Assembly: GCA_002269645.1 (NCBI GenBank)
Contig: NIVC01004082.1
Coordinates: 1 to 61,235 of the forward strand
DNA: 61,235 bases
From: Macrostomum lignano
Taxonomy: Eukaryota
Direction of reading: 5' to 3'
Shown here: positions 1-13,000 of the stretch, one piece after another
How the letters are laid out: the number at the start of each line of letters is the position of its first letter
How positions within the stretch are numbered: the first letter of the stretch is position 1
Program-made: the position numbers and the translations under genes
The notes under the pieces: model-generated
What the model saw: the letters and a program-made list of their open reading frames with translations, nothing else
Told to the model about the DNA's origin: nothing
The model's database searches: none

Positions 1-1075
1 AGTGGTCCAGTCCTGTCGCGACCTTGGATGATCACTCCCGGGATTTTGGCCTTGGCCTTCGCCGCAAAGGTAGCTCCCGAAGGAACCTCCTTGTTGGCAG
101 TGGCCATTTGTTGCGCCGTGGTTTCGGCCTCAGCAGCCGCAGCAGCATCTCCAGGGAGCGCCGCCGCTGAACTACTGGAGCTTCCACCGGCCGGCCCGTC
201 TGGTTGCCTTGGGACGCCAGTCGCTTCAGCATCCATGGTGGACGCCGCCGCTTTGGCCCCGCAGCTCCCTTCTTGGCCTGCCTTTTGGCGCGTTGTTTAG
301 CGCGTTTGCGCTCAAGCCGAGCCCGCTGAGCTTAATCGGATCTGCCAGATTTGGCCGGTCCTTTAGGCTCAGAGCTCGCGGTTCCTTAGATCCACCAGCG
401 GAGCTGGCAGGTCTTTGGGTATTATGAGTTTGGTAGCTCTGGTCGGATCTGCCAGCAGAGCCAGCCGGTCCTTCCTTTGCCACAGTTGAATCAGTCGGTT
501 GGGATCTGCCAGCAGGGCCGGCCGGTCCTTCGGACTGAGGTTGGGGTTTAGAAGGGTCCCCGTCCCTAGAATTAGTTTGGTTATCCATAGGCGGCTCGAA
601 GGCCATGATGAAAGGTTGGTGGGCTACCCTCAAAGGGGCGCGGTACCCACCCGGCCGCTCCACCTGACCGGGCAGTAGGCCAATAGCACCCTCAAGGCTG
701 GCCCGACACCAGGAGGGGACCGCTTGCGACCGGACTACTCCCGGCCTTCCAGCCCATCGGCACGGTCAACACCTTAGGCATTAGAGAATACGTTGAGCAG
801 TACCACGGCCTGCAGGTTGGCGAGCCAGACCCGCATACCCAAATTCGGCCGAAGCCACTGGATAGGGTCGCCAGCGCCGGAGCCCAGTCTGTCCAGCAGC
901 CCTAGGGACTGCCTTGAACACACGCGGGGACGAGTACCCTGGGTCGACTTGCGAGACAGCGTGGGGGGTCTGCGGCTGCCAGAGGCAAATAGAGGGTGCA
1001 GACCTCCCACCAGCCTTGACCTGCTGAAGATAGGGGCAGGCGTGAAGCATCGCAGACCTTAGCCCATGGGCCTAG
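1..1075 (-). mobile_element. 5' end of a non-LTR retrotransposon (LINE): GC-rich 5' UTR plus start of a gag-like ORF1, running off the window edge
   Basis: The minus-strand ORF 226..663 can be joined through two single-G homopolymer repairs to give ...KLSGARLERKRAKQRAKRQAKKGAAGAKAAASTMDAEATG...ATFAAKAKAKIPGVIIQGRDRTGP. A basic LSGA-R/K-rich patch followed by a 'xFAxxxK...vaI' segment recalls R1/LOA-type ORF1 proteins (recollection, not searched). Confidence 0.45.
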
Positions 1076-2312
1076 TCTGTCTCATACTTCACTGGCATGC
1101 TGAATACGCCTTCGCGCGCAATACGTTACGGAGATAGGAGGCTTTCCATTTTTCAGCACAAAAATTGTTATTGCTTTTGTTAGAAGGACAACCCGATGTT
1201 CATCCATGAATGTATACGTCTCGCGCGCCTTTCTTTATATAGCTCTATTGATATTCATATGGCTTTTCGTTTAGAAAATTGGGAATTAGGAAAACCTGCC
1301 TCCTTATTTTTTCCAAGAAACGTAGTTTCCTGTCCTTACTTTGAGTAGTCCAGTGATAGATGAAGCGGTACGCCCCTTTCAAACAACTACGCGCGATTGC
1401 GAAACGGACCTCAGGTCTATATCAGATCAGAAATGAGAAATCTCACGGTTGCCCCCTTTCTCATACTAAGAAACTTGCATGGGATTACATAGAAAATTTG
1501 GAATATATTAGATCGAGGCATGTGTTCGCTTTCAATGTATATTATTTTTGCTTGACCGCCTGTGATTGTGATTTATAAATGTGCACTTCGTAAGATACAT
1601 GAAGTCTGAGCCTGTAGCTGTACAAGTATCTTGTAAACTTAAAACGTTCTCGCAACGTTGTAACCTTTCGTTTTTGTTTGCTTTGTGAAAGCAGTGTCCT
1701 TTATAATTTGATAAACGAAGAATGAACTGAAACATCAAAGTGACGCGATTACAAGAGAGCCATATACAAATAAAGTTTACACTAACATGCCGTATTGGAG
1801 AGAGTCATTAATAGCGCATCAATTTTGCAGCATCATTTTCAGCATCAGCGACGCAAACAGAAACAGTGGAAAGCAATTTTTGCACATTTCCAACTGCTGC
1901 AGCGTAGGCTTTTTTACAGCCTGCAAGTCTGAAACGCGATTAATTTCTAGTGCAGAATGAGCGAAATTGGATACAGTTAGCGGCGCTTTCACATTGAAGA
2001 CAGCTGCTTAATTTTGTTGCGGTCATAAATGCGCGCAATTACGATCGATAGCACAATTTCAGCAGTTTTAGTGTCCTGTCCCCCCCCCCATTACATTCTG
2101 CCATACCCAACTGTCACATCAATTAAACAAACGTCCTATTAAAACGGAAATTTAGCTACAAGGCCAACCGCGGTGCATTTCGCAATTGGGATAAAAAGCC
2201 GTTCGAAAACAAATTATTCCAGTAACTACTTGACTATCCAAGCAGCAAACGCGCGCAGTGTGCGGCAGCTCCAGATTGTACTAACGGATACGTTTTCCAA
2301 CTGTCACCTGCA

Positions 2313-2768
2313 ATGAAGAACGAAATCTTTGGTTTGCTTTTGCTAGCAGCTATTGTAGTGAGTTAACGGTATCTGTTTTATTGATTTACAATTTCAGCAG
2401 TATACTTTACTGATTGATGACTTACAGTTTTTATATTGTCAATATAATCTGTATAGGCCAGTGAACCGTTTGAGGGGCTGACTGAGGAGGAGATGGAATT
2501 GAAGCTGAAGCCCTGTCTAGTCTACAACATCAACTGCCCAGCTGACGGCAGCATGGGCAACTACAAAGAGATGAAAAAGGAGCTAGAAATGATGAAGGTT
2601 GGCATCAAGCTGCAGGGCGGCAGGACACCGCCAGAGTGCACGGAGTGCGGCCGAGGCGAGCGGTGCGACCGCGAGTGCTACTACGCCCTATTGAAAGTGG
2701 CGGTGTTGGAGCTCCCTCTCGTCCGGAATCAGAATCAGCAAAGGTTTCCAGGGAAGCGCTCCGTCTGA
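2313..2768 (+). CDS. Small secreted Cys-rich protein (118 aa, 2 exons), possible amidated peptide precursor
   Basis: Exon 1 2313-2357 encodes MKNEIFGLLLLAAIV and ends at a GTGAGT donor. The intron 2358-2456 ends in a T-rich tract plus TAG. Exon 2 2457-2768 is in phase 0 (ASEPFEGLTEEEMELKLKPCLVYNINC...CTECGRGERCDREC...QRFPGKRSV*). AATAAA lies at 2873-2878. Confidence 0.6.
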
Positions 2769-4027
2769 TACTGGAAAATTTATTTCGGTACATTGAAATA
2801 CACTGACTGCTACGGCATTCTGCAGTATTCCGACTGAATGAGAACCAAATTAATTTTTGATGTAATTGCTACAATAAATCACACTTAAAATTATTAAAAT
2901 ATACGCATAAACATATTTAGAGTCAGCGAAATTATCACTTTATCATTATCACTTATCATTACTAGATTATCGCCTAGTTTGACTAGATTGGCGCCGAATT
3001 TGATTAGATTGCCGCCGAATTTGACTAGATTGCCCCTCCGATTCAGTCAATGGGCAGGTAAAGTACCTATTTTACAAATAAATACAACTAAAACTATCTA
3101 CTCATACAAGTAATAAGCCAATTGATGAGGACGCACTTTTTCCAAATTTCACGCTCGCACATGGGTTCCAAACTTGCTAGCCTACTAACAGCAGGCTATG
3201 GGCGTTTTTCTCCCTCTTTTGTAATTTTTCTAGAATTAATACTAGTAGGACTTCTGTAGCTATATTAATCTGCCATACTTGTAGTTATAATAACATAGGC
3301 GCGGTTTTTTGCTGCTTTTGGGTCATAAATCATTTCGTCTGAGCTGGTCTGACCGCCACCTGCGCCTCACTCAGTGCTGGGGCTGGCGCCAGATGGTCTG
3401 AGAGGAAGCGAATGATAGCTTTTTTCTCATCATTTTGACAGGCCATCAAGATTTATGAGGTCAGGGCCTATTGTTCGTGTTCAATCAAGCATGTGACAGC
3501 TTTGACAGCTATGCGTTTTACCCCTAAAAGTACGTTGGGATTAGCAATTAGCGAGTTCCTTCAATACCTCCGCTTTCCACTTAATAAGAGCTTTCTAATG
3601 TATATTTTCTCATTGATTTTTGTCAATTCTGCGCGAAAATTCATAAAATAAAAAACATATTTTTTGCGATTTTGATTGATTTATGGCCGCACCTATCATA
3701 TTTTTACGACCCCGAGGGAACTGATAGGATCTCCCGGTCACGTGACTTTGGGTGGCAACAAGCAACAATCAGAAAATTCGACGCTCATTTTAACAAATCG
3801 GCTCAGCCAATCAGAATCGACGTGTTCCATTATAACAAACTGCGGTCCAGTTGGCGGCTATTTAAACGGGTGTTTTTGGCCCGCTCGGACTAACTTGGCA
3901 ACCCTTTCTGGAGACCGGCCAGGAACTTGCTCTCTCCCTGGCCCGACTGTCGTTTCTTAATCCCCGGATTGCGACTCCCCCCATCATCATCAAGGACGAA
4001 TTCCCCCGGTCATCAGCAGTGAACATC

Positions 4028-7000
4028 CAAGGAAGCCTCTTTGTTCGCTTCGCTCACCAGGAAGCGACACTCACTTGGCCCCTCCCCACCTCCTCTACAA
4101 GTTTAGTCTCGTTTTGGGAACTTAGGTAGCAAAGAATTTTTGTCCTTCGTTTACTGTACACTGAATTACTCATATCTTTTCTATGTTATGCCTATATCTT
4201 CTCCTGCAGGATATCATTTAGGCAGCAAAAAACAACTGATATCAACTCACTCTGAGCAATTCTCTGATTTTCTAAAGTCTAATTTTTTAATCGAACATTT
4301 GCATAATACATCATGGGATACAAGTGCTGTGTTCCAGCTTGTGTTACTAATTTGCCTCGGTATAAGAAGGACCCGACTGTTTCCATCCACAAGTTTCCTT
4401 CTTTCGAGAATCTGGATCTGCTGAACAAGTGGATCGCTACAATTCCTCGACAATGGACTGAGGCCGAGCTGTGTAAGCTGCGGTCTGACCCAAGTCACAA
4501 CTCTCGGGTTTGCTCTCTGCATTTTCCAGCTAAGTTCTTTGTGACTGTCTCTATGGATTCCAACCCAAATCGCAAAAGGCCGGCATCTGACGATCCATCG
4601 ACTGCTACTGCTAAGCTGAAAAACCGGCGTCTGACAGATGATGCTGTGCCGTGCATCTTCCCGAATGTTGCATCCTACTTGAGCAAGGCCGTCCTGGAAG
4701 AGAGGCAAACGGTTTGTACATCGGCTGAGAGCCGTCGAGAGAACGACATCCAGCGTTGCGAGGTAGAAGCAGAGGAGCTTCTACAAAAGGATGTGATTTC
4801 TGACTTCCACGCTATTGTGTCATACGATCTACCAGATCATCTAAGGTGCTTTTTCAAGGTGATCTCTGAATCGAGTGTAACCTTTTTTACAACTAGAATG
4901 TCCGGTGCCGGCAACTTGGAGATCGCCACATCGCTGAATGTTGGCCAAGAGCTGCTGTTTGAGGTCACAGTTGGTGGTGATAAGCAAGCCTCTTTTGCTG
5001 GAGATCTGGCAGCTGACGGCAGTCTTAAAACCTTTGCCCAACTTGAAAACATCCTAGCTAGGCTAAAAAATGTCCGTTTGGAAGATTGCCGGCATGGTTA
5101 TGAGGAGCACCTCTTACTAGCTCAGGAGGCAGTCACGAAAGCTATCACCGACTTGTCAGCTAAGATTGAAGTCAAGAGTGATCAAGAGCTGGATACATGC
5201 ATTGAGGAGGCTGCTTTTGCTAAACTGAATTTTCTTGTCGAGCAGCTAAGCTTTTCGAGTTTGAAGAAGGGGAAGCTAACATACTCCAGCGAGCTACTTG
5301 CTTTTTCATACCTGTTGCAGCACCACAGCCAATCAACGTACAATTTCATTCGGAAATCCAACACAGTCAACCTCCCAAGTGTTAGGCATCTGCAGAGGCT
5401 TTCTTCCGGATTGAGCAATGACCCTGACATCAAGGCTACCGAAGATTATCTCAAGCTAAAAGTTGACAGCCTGCCTGAGTCTGAGAGGGTAGTGCTTCTT
5501 GCAATCGACGAATTTATTCGTCGAAGCGAATGGAATTCAGTGGAGGCAAGGTATTTGGCACTGACGCAGAAACCGATGAGCTCGCCAAACTGTGTGCGCT
5601 TTTTTGATCAAGTCGCTGCATGGAGACTTCCAGGAAGTAATTTCTCTTATTCCAAAAAGTAAGCTTAGTGCTCTGGACTTGCAAAATCACCTCACTGACT
5701 GCCTTGCTCTGCTTGATAGGGTTCACCTGAAGCCAGTGGTGTGCATTGTTGACAACAATGCAGTGAATAGGAGCCTCTTTCAGGGTCTTCTATGCAAAGG
5801 CAAGCTGCTATCATCAATTCCAAATCCGGTGTCTGGCGAGCCGCTGTTCCTTCTCTTCGACCCTGTACACAACTTTAAGAACATCTTGAACAATTGGATT
5901 TCGCGCCAGGTGTTTCAGTTTCCGGACTTTACCGATCCCCAGAAAATCCAAACAGCAGATTTTCGCGATTTGCACAAACTTCAAGAGCAAGAACTCGGGC
6001 AACCAGCTCGGATCGCCTTTCAACTGAATACAAGGTCCTTGAATCCAACAAACCTGGAGAAGACTAATGTTCAGCACGCAGCCAGCATCTTCAGCGAGTC
6101 TACTGTAGAAGCAGAAAAGTTATACAATTTTTCCTCTGGCTTGGTAGCTTTCCTAGCGCTCATTCTTAACATGTGGACGATCTGGAATGTCAAGACCACT
6201 AGGAAAGCGAAGGAAAAGCGGCTTCTCGACGCCGCTCCGCTGGTGCCGAACGATCACCGCCTCGACAAGCTGCGCCAGTTTGCCGCTTTCTTCCAACGTT
6301 GGAAGGATTCGAAGTTGCCCGGCTTGACTGCTCCCACTTTCCTTGCTGTTAAGTCCTGCTGTCTCACTCTTGCTGATCTTTCCGAGCACCTTTTCTCTAG
6401 GTTTTTATTTCCCTCTGTTTTGACAGGTAGGATAGTCAGTGACTGGATCGAGCGGCGCTTTGGTCGCTACCGCCAGTTTCATGGAGGCAACTATTTTGTT
6501 TCTGTCCGGCAGATCCTTCAAGCCGAGAAGAAAATTCGCGTTTCCAGCCTGCTTCAGTTTTATGGCCTTGGACTGAAAGATTTAAAAATTCTTGACCAGG
6601 CGAGTTCATCCGAGTTTTTTAATCCACACTTATCCGTGAAGCTTTCAGTTCTCCAGCATCTTGACGCCGCTCTTACATCTAGTGACCGAAACATTTGTTC
6701 CTATCTTGGTGGCTACGTGTCTAAAGCTCTATGCGGCCAGCTGAAGTGCACTGACTGCAAGAATCTTCTACTTACTAACGATTACTTGGAGTTTATTGCC
6801 GAAGAGGATTGTGCTGACGACTTTGCCCTGATTCAAATGCGTGACCGAGGCGGTCTGAAGTGCCCCAGCAAATTCGTATTTTTTCTTTTGAAGGCATCCT
6901 ACTTCATGTTTGAACATCTGCGAGATTATAGTCTGTTAACTGCTGATCTTCTCACCTCTGGTAATTTAGTTCAAAATATTGTTGAGCTCTGCCAGGACTA

Positions 7001-7509
7001 CGTGAGTGAATCCACTGATTTTACGACTCTTTCAAGCCAGACTTGCAGTTGTGGAAAGGCAGCTGCTACTCTTTCTTCGCGGATCTTAATTCCTGCAGTC
7101 CGGATTTATCTAAAGAATTTTGTCAATGAGACAAACGATGAGAAGGCGAAGAACCAGAAGGCGATGAATCGTAAGGCGTCCAAGCTTTCCAGCAAGAGTT
7201 CGAGTTAGCTGTTTAATATGCGTTTTAACGAGGGAAGCTCAGAGTTTAAGCGAAGATTTTTCCTTTTTGTGTATAATATTTAATGACGATTTTTATTTTT
7301 TTCAGTTTCATTCATTTGTTGTATAATTTTTAATTGCAGCCTTTTATTTTCCAAACAAACACGCATCAATTTATACACTTTTTCATACTGAGCGCACTGA
7401 AATAAGTGGGTTCTCGTGTAGTCTGGGGAAGAAAAACGAGACTCAACTTGTATAGGCACGATTTCAGTGTCGCTTCCTGGTGAGCGAAGCGAACAAAGAG
7501 GCTTCCCTG
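4028..7509 (+). mobile_element. Full-length P-superfamily (THAP) DNA transposon
   Basis: 44-bp TIRs at 4028-4071 and 7466-7509 (CA...TG, 1 mismatch). 7-bp TSD GAACATC at 4021-4027 and 7510-7516. Internal inverted repeat at 4096-4115 / 7433-7452. Confidence 0.93.
4313..7208 (+). CDS. THAP-domain P-element/THAP9-like transposase (about 965 aa once two 1-nt gaps are repaired)
   Basis: N-terminal THAP zinc finger (CCVPAC...FP...W...RVCSLHF). Catalytic-like motifs LLAIDE, CIVDN, FDPVHNFKNILNNW and SDWIERRFGRYRQ. C-terminal YLGGYV...CTDC...GGLKCPS. Adding one A at 5511-5512 and one at 5587-5589 gives DEIYSSKRMEFSGGKVFGTDAETDELAKTVCAFLIK and joins ORFs 4313..5662 and 5592..7208. Confidence 0.88.
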
Positions 7510-8039
7510 GAACATCAAAGTTAAGAGCATCACCTGCTAGCTATCTGCGAAGGTTGTGACATCAGCATCATCCCGGGTCTACAGCTGCGAATCACTAAGC
7601 CGATTCGGTCACTGTGGATTACCTGGTCTCCGGCTGTTGAGTTTCTGATTGGTTAGGTGAGAGGCTACCTAGACTTGCTTGATTGGGTGATTCCCTGTCT
7701 GTCCCCTGTTTCAGTAGCTGGATTAGGCGCACACTTTTGCTCATTTTGTTCAGTAGTGCTGTTACTGAGACAGAAATCATTCAATAATACTGCTAGTAGT
7801 CTGAAGCTCCAATTTAATCTGAGGTGTGAAGTGATTCAAGGAGAAGGTTAAATCTGACAGTTATTTTTATCGGTTTTACTTCTTTGTTCGCCGATGGCTC
7901 AGATGAGTGGCTAAGCTAGTAGGCGCCGGTCATAGTAGACCAATGGCAAGGCAGTTCTCAGTCGATCAATCTATCAAATCAGTTAGCGAAACTGCCAGTA
8001 GTGCAGAATCGGCGCCAGAGATGTACTTTTTGCACTCTA

Positions 8040-8645
8040 GGTTAGCCAAGCGGCTCGGGTAATGAATCATGCGGTCTCTGAGGTTCGAGTTGGCCTATCA
8101 TCAGCGCTAGGAGAGGCTGGTTGGCGCGTTGAAGGCCAAAAGTACAATTCTTCGTATTTAGCAATGTAATAGTACATGTAGCTACTCCATAGTCTCGCCA
8201 CTGCAAGAATCCCCTGCACAAGTCCCCTCTGTACCTGCATGGCCAATGCGATCTAGTCCCAGCAGTGTCCCTTATCATCGGCTATGACTTCGAGATAGAC
8301 AGCAAAAGACACTAGTTGGCAGGTAAGTGCAAAGCCCCTTCTAGTCGGAAGCCCGATTTCGAAAGTTCCGGTTTGGTGAGCCAGGACGTACGGGCTGGTG
8401 GCAGCGAGTTAGCTAACCCGCGGGTTAACTAATTTCTACCTTCAAAATTCTCCCTGCTTGTCTCTCGCTGTCCCTCTCTTAGCTATAGGACCTAGACTGC
8501 TCGCCACACGATCAAGCTACCATGGGGCTGACCATCTGACAGGAGTGGGGGGGCAGGGCTCTAATTGATTTATTTCTGAGACCTGAGGCCCGAAGGCTTC
8601 CCCACAAGGGGGCTGAAAGGCCGAAACCCATCACAATAAACAACA
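8040..8645 (+). mobile_element. Possible degraded 3' end of a LINE (CCHC-like C-terminus plus 3' UTR)
   Basis: Fragmentary ESPAQVLCTC-like peptide near 8205-8250, a GC-rich hairpin-forming tail, and an AATAAACAACA end near 8635-8645. Confidence 0.25.
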
Positions 8646-10018
8646 TTTTAAGCATTATTACTGAATGCTGATCACATTTTAGGATCAGTGCGTTATCGAT
8701 GAAACGTATAACTTCTAAATTTACTGTTTAATATTTCAATGCAAAACAGTTTTCCTTATAAATATAGGCAAAAAAATAATATTCGTGGCGCTTTATGCAT
8801 TACTGTAAGTAGACAACATTAGGCTTTAACCCCGAATTCGCGCTATTTTCAAGACTTCATCTATCCATCAAATGTACGTGTTTGGAATGAATGATTCAAA
8901 TGTTTCAAATTCAAATCGGCAGCGAAACGGGGGCTGAGACAGATGTTGCTATAAGCGCGTGCGTGTGAGCGAATACATGGCTCAGAGAATTTAGAAGTGA
9001 ATAAAAATAACACAATCGTTACAACAAAAATACTATTTAAAAAAATTAAAAAGCGCATCTATAAACATTCGAAGGTTAAAAAAATAGGCTTATTATAAGA
9101 CAGCTGATAGATACTGGTGAACAGAAATCGGTTTTTATATCTAACTTCACATGTCTGCATGCGTGAGAACAATATACCAGTGTCAAAGTCAATGTCACTT
9201 GAAAGGTATTTTAAAACTGTTTTCCCTATTATCGATTACAAGGTGGGCTGAGAATATTTTAAAGTAACAACTGATTATTAAGGTATGAATGACTCACAGG
9301 TAAAATGACCAGTTTATAAAAATCTATAAATATGCAAAAAGACAATAGAAAGGAAAATACATTAATTAAGTTAACCAGTCTGCGTAATCACGGATGTCGA
9401 TCGGGCAGTCATTGGAGTTTTCCCAGACTGGCGAACTCTGAAACAATGCAAAATAAGATTTCTCGAATAAATTGGCGACACAACTATTCCGACAAGTCAG
9501 CATTTTAGAAAGGAAAGTAAAGCACACTCAAAGGCAACGGTTTTAAAAATTTGAAACCTTAGAGATGAAGCATGCTTTGAAAACAGTTTAAAAAACATAT
9601 TTTTTTCCTGACTGCGTGACCCTCCTGCAAGCTATAACCTTAGTTATTGTTATCCTCTTATCTTTCCTGCTTTACCTTTTTCATAAACATGAATAAGTTC
9701 GATAGTGAGAAAAGATTAAAACACCCCCCAAGCATCACGCATTTTAACTTTCCATGCAGAAATGTAGCAAGCAAGCAAGCATAGTTGCGTGACAGAAACA
9801 ATCTGATGATGGAAAGTGTGCGCAAGCTTCAATCAACAGAAACAACGATTGACAGATGCATGTACACAGAGCACAGGTTAAAATAGGTCTGTAGTATGCT
9901 GGGACCAACTTTTTTTAGCTTACAATTCAACTTTTCATTATTCTTGACGCAGACGGTAGGTGCCAGCTGATTCCACTGTGATGGAGAGAAGATACTAATT
10001 GATACTCAGTCATATTTG

Positions 10019-13000
10019 CTAACCAATTTGAGCTAACGTGAATGATGCGCTTCTCATGCGGATAGTTGGCTTTGAAGTGGCTTTCAGAGTGGGCTTGAAA
10101 ATCCAAGTTGATTTTGGCTTACCGGTTCGGCTCTCGGGCGCCGGCTGACGGACGCTGCCAACGCTGGCGGATTTCTTGCGAATCTCGCCTGAAATTTTAC
10201 GATTTATACACAATTAGACTTGCTACGCTGGTAGCTGTTAGATCCAAGGATTAGGATGCTATGCTAATTTCTTATTCTACGTACAATTGCACATGTCCTG
10301 TGCCTTAAAATCACTAAAATGGCACGGCTCGGCTCATTGATTTTATGAATCTATTTTATCATTCTTAGCTGACTGTGTAGAAGCTTTATGACTATCAATA
10401 GAGCAATAAGAAAGGCACAACATATCAAAAGATGAACATTAGGTCTGCTTCCTATCGAAAGCAATAACAATTTTTGTGCTGAAAAAATGAAAACCTCCTA
10501 TCTTTGTAGTGTATTTTTTCGGGAAAACCTGCCTTCTAAAATTTTCCAAGAAACGAGGTTTCCCGTCCTTCTATTTGAGTAGTTCTTGGATACATCATGG
10601 ACAATTAAGCAACTTACGCTTCAAACTTCGCACTACTTTGCTGCCCTGCTTCTCCTCCTTTGTCATTTCTGTCTGCTTCTTGGCAAAGTTGATAAACACC
10701 TGAAGATAAGTACAGGGGAAAGTGGTGAAAAGATCACCAGTGAAGCTTTTATCTACAGAGAACTTACTCAAAAAACAAAGCAAAACGCACCTGGTCAAGC
10801 GTTGTCTGATTAACACTATAGTCCTGCACGGTTCCCTCCGATTTGAGGCTGTTGACAACGTTGAAGATGCGGCTCAGAGTGACATCCTGGCTGATCTGGT
10901 ACTGCAGCAGCGTGCCGTGCTCTTCCTTCAACTGCGCCTCCGGCAGCTCGCTCATGAAGCGTTCGTGAAGACTCAGTACGTCTCCTGTTAGCAGGCGGTC
11001 GCTGCTACTCGCGGCAGGGCTTCTGTCCATCATCTTTGGGTTCTGATGGCCATTGTCAGAGACGGCTGTTTCAGACAATGGAGCCTCGGCGCGTGGAAGA
11101 CGCAGGAAAACCGTGAAACCTTGGCCATATTTTGTCTTCAGGTGCTGCGGACTTCCCAGGCACTTCAGTTGGCCATTCACCTTGAAGGTTGGATGCAAAT
11201 GTCTGATTAATGTGACAAATGTCTGCGGAAACGAACCATGATTCTCTACTCGTTCGCTCACTCTTTCTATACTGCCCAAGGTAAAGTGCTATTTATTAAA
11301 AATCACAGTTACCATAATAGTGAGCCTGTGGCATAGGGCCTGACAGTCCTCCATGCTGTGACTAGTGAGGATCACACAGGAGCCAGCGGCCACCATTCTT
11401 TGGATGCAGCGCCACAAGAAGCGCCGCGCCCCGGGGTCCATTCCAGCAGTCGGCTCGTCCAGGAACACAATGGGCGGTCCGCCAATAAAGGCAATGCCGC
11501 AGGAGAGCTTCCGCTTGTTGCCGCCGCTGTACTCTTCAGTCAGCTTGTCCAGGTGAGGCACAATGCCAACCCTATAAAAATGTGGAACCGCTTTTGTCAG
11601 AAAAAGATAAATTAGCAAAAATCAATTTGATTGGCCAGTACTCACATTCTTGAAATGTAGGTAATTAGCTCAGGAATCTGATCCTCCGCGATGCCGCGAA
11701 TCCTAGCAAACAGCTGCAGTGTCTCTCTGCCAGAGAGCAGCGGCAGGAGGGCATCAAACTGTGGACAATAGCCCATCTGCTTGTGCGCTTCGAGTACATC
11801 CGTGAGAATAGAATGCCCATTTAGGGTGGCGTCGCCACTCGTCGGATCAATGTCGCCGGTCAGCATTTTAAAGGTGGTGGTCTTGCCTGCACCATTCACG
11901 CCCAGAAAGCCGAAGCACTCACGCTGCGAGACACCCAGAGCGACGCCATTCACTGCGGCCCGAGGACCAGTCCTGGTATGGAAAATCTTCACCAGATCCC
12001 GAATCACCAGACAGTTGCTACCTGTGGCGCCGCCGGAATCTCCGCCAGCGTTGCCCAGCACGCGATCACGCTCTGCTTTAACATCGTCTTCCTCGACTTC
12101 CCGGCGCTCCAGCAGTTTGCTGTACTTATCTTGATGGCAGGATCGGTAAATGCGCCCGGTGCAGCAGCCTTGGCCGCAAAAGAAGTTGTACTCAATTAGC
12201 AGTACCAGTACAAAGTATACGATGCTTTGCACAGCCAGGCAAATAATGTAGCGTATGGTTTGCTCCCATGCATTGTCACTAATCGTAACGTCGCCGTAAG
12301 ATGACGCTAGAGTCTGGACGCTAACTCCCAATGAGTCAGCGAGCTCCTTGAGCTTTACGGAAAACTGATAGTAGTAGTTAAGCTCCATTAGTCCCTGTCC
12401 AAGACAAAAGTGAGGAAACACGAGGAACACATACTTCAATGCGTTTGCAGTATTCTGCATCTGGTCGTCCTTGTTCTCCAGAGCGATCATTTCTACGATT
12501 GCTACTGACATGGTGGTGACGAAGCCGACGCCAAGGTTAAAGCATGACAGCATTGTGAACGCTTTGCTAGGTACACTGAGCACCCAACTGAACGGGTACA
12601 TAACCGGCGCATTGGCAAAGCCGAACAAAAGCATGATGACAATGAAGGGGCCGATAGTATCCTTGCTGACAAACGCCTCCGATTTGAAGGCAACGAAGAT
12701 CAGAATGAGAATAACTAACGGGACTAAATAGTTCACCATGTTCCACAAGTGGTTTATTAGCCAATAGAGCGCTGGATTGATACCCGACACGAACTGCAGG
12801 TGCTTGGCATTCGTTCGTCTCTCTGTTATTAAGAATAGCACAAAGCTAGCCGGAATAAATGAAAGGGCGAATATGATGGAGACCACTGTGATGGCGGAAG
12901 TGATTGTCTGGCTTGTCAACGTGTTTTCAACATACTCGGAGCGCAGTGTAATGGGATGCGTCCAACCGGACACTCCATACAGATTCTCAGAGGCCCCAGT

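Noticed and set aside
5507-5592. Programmed ribosomal frameshifting in the transposase
   Set aside because: There is no slippery heptamer or stimulatory structure, two separate shifts would be needed, and the same -1 homopolymer pattern affects host genes.
3621-7859. Solo LTR as the target of the P element (TGTCA...TGACA, CCAAT and TATA-like motifs)
   Set aside because: The flanks (ATTTT versus GTTAT) do not form a TSD, so the boundaries are unsupported.
8575-8632. Hammerhead-like CTGA...GGCCGAAAC
   Set aside because: It lacks the CUGANGA core and a stem III/cleavage triplet; it is more likely a 3' hairpin of a LINE remnant.
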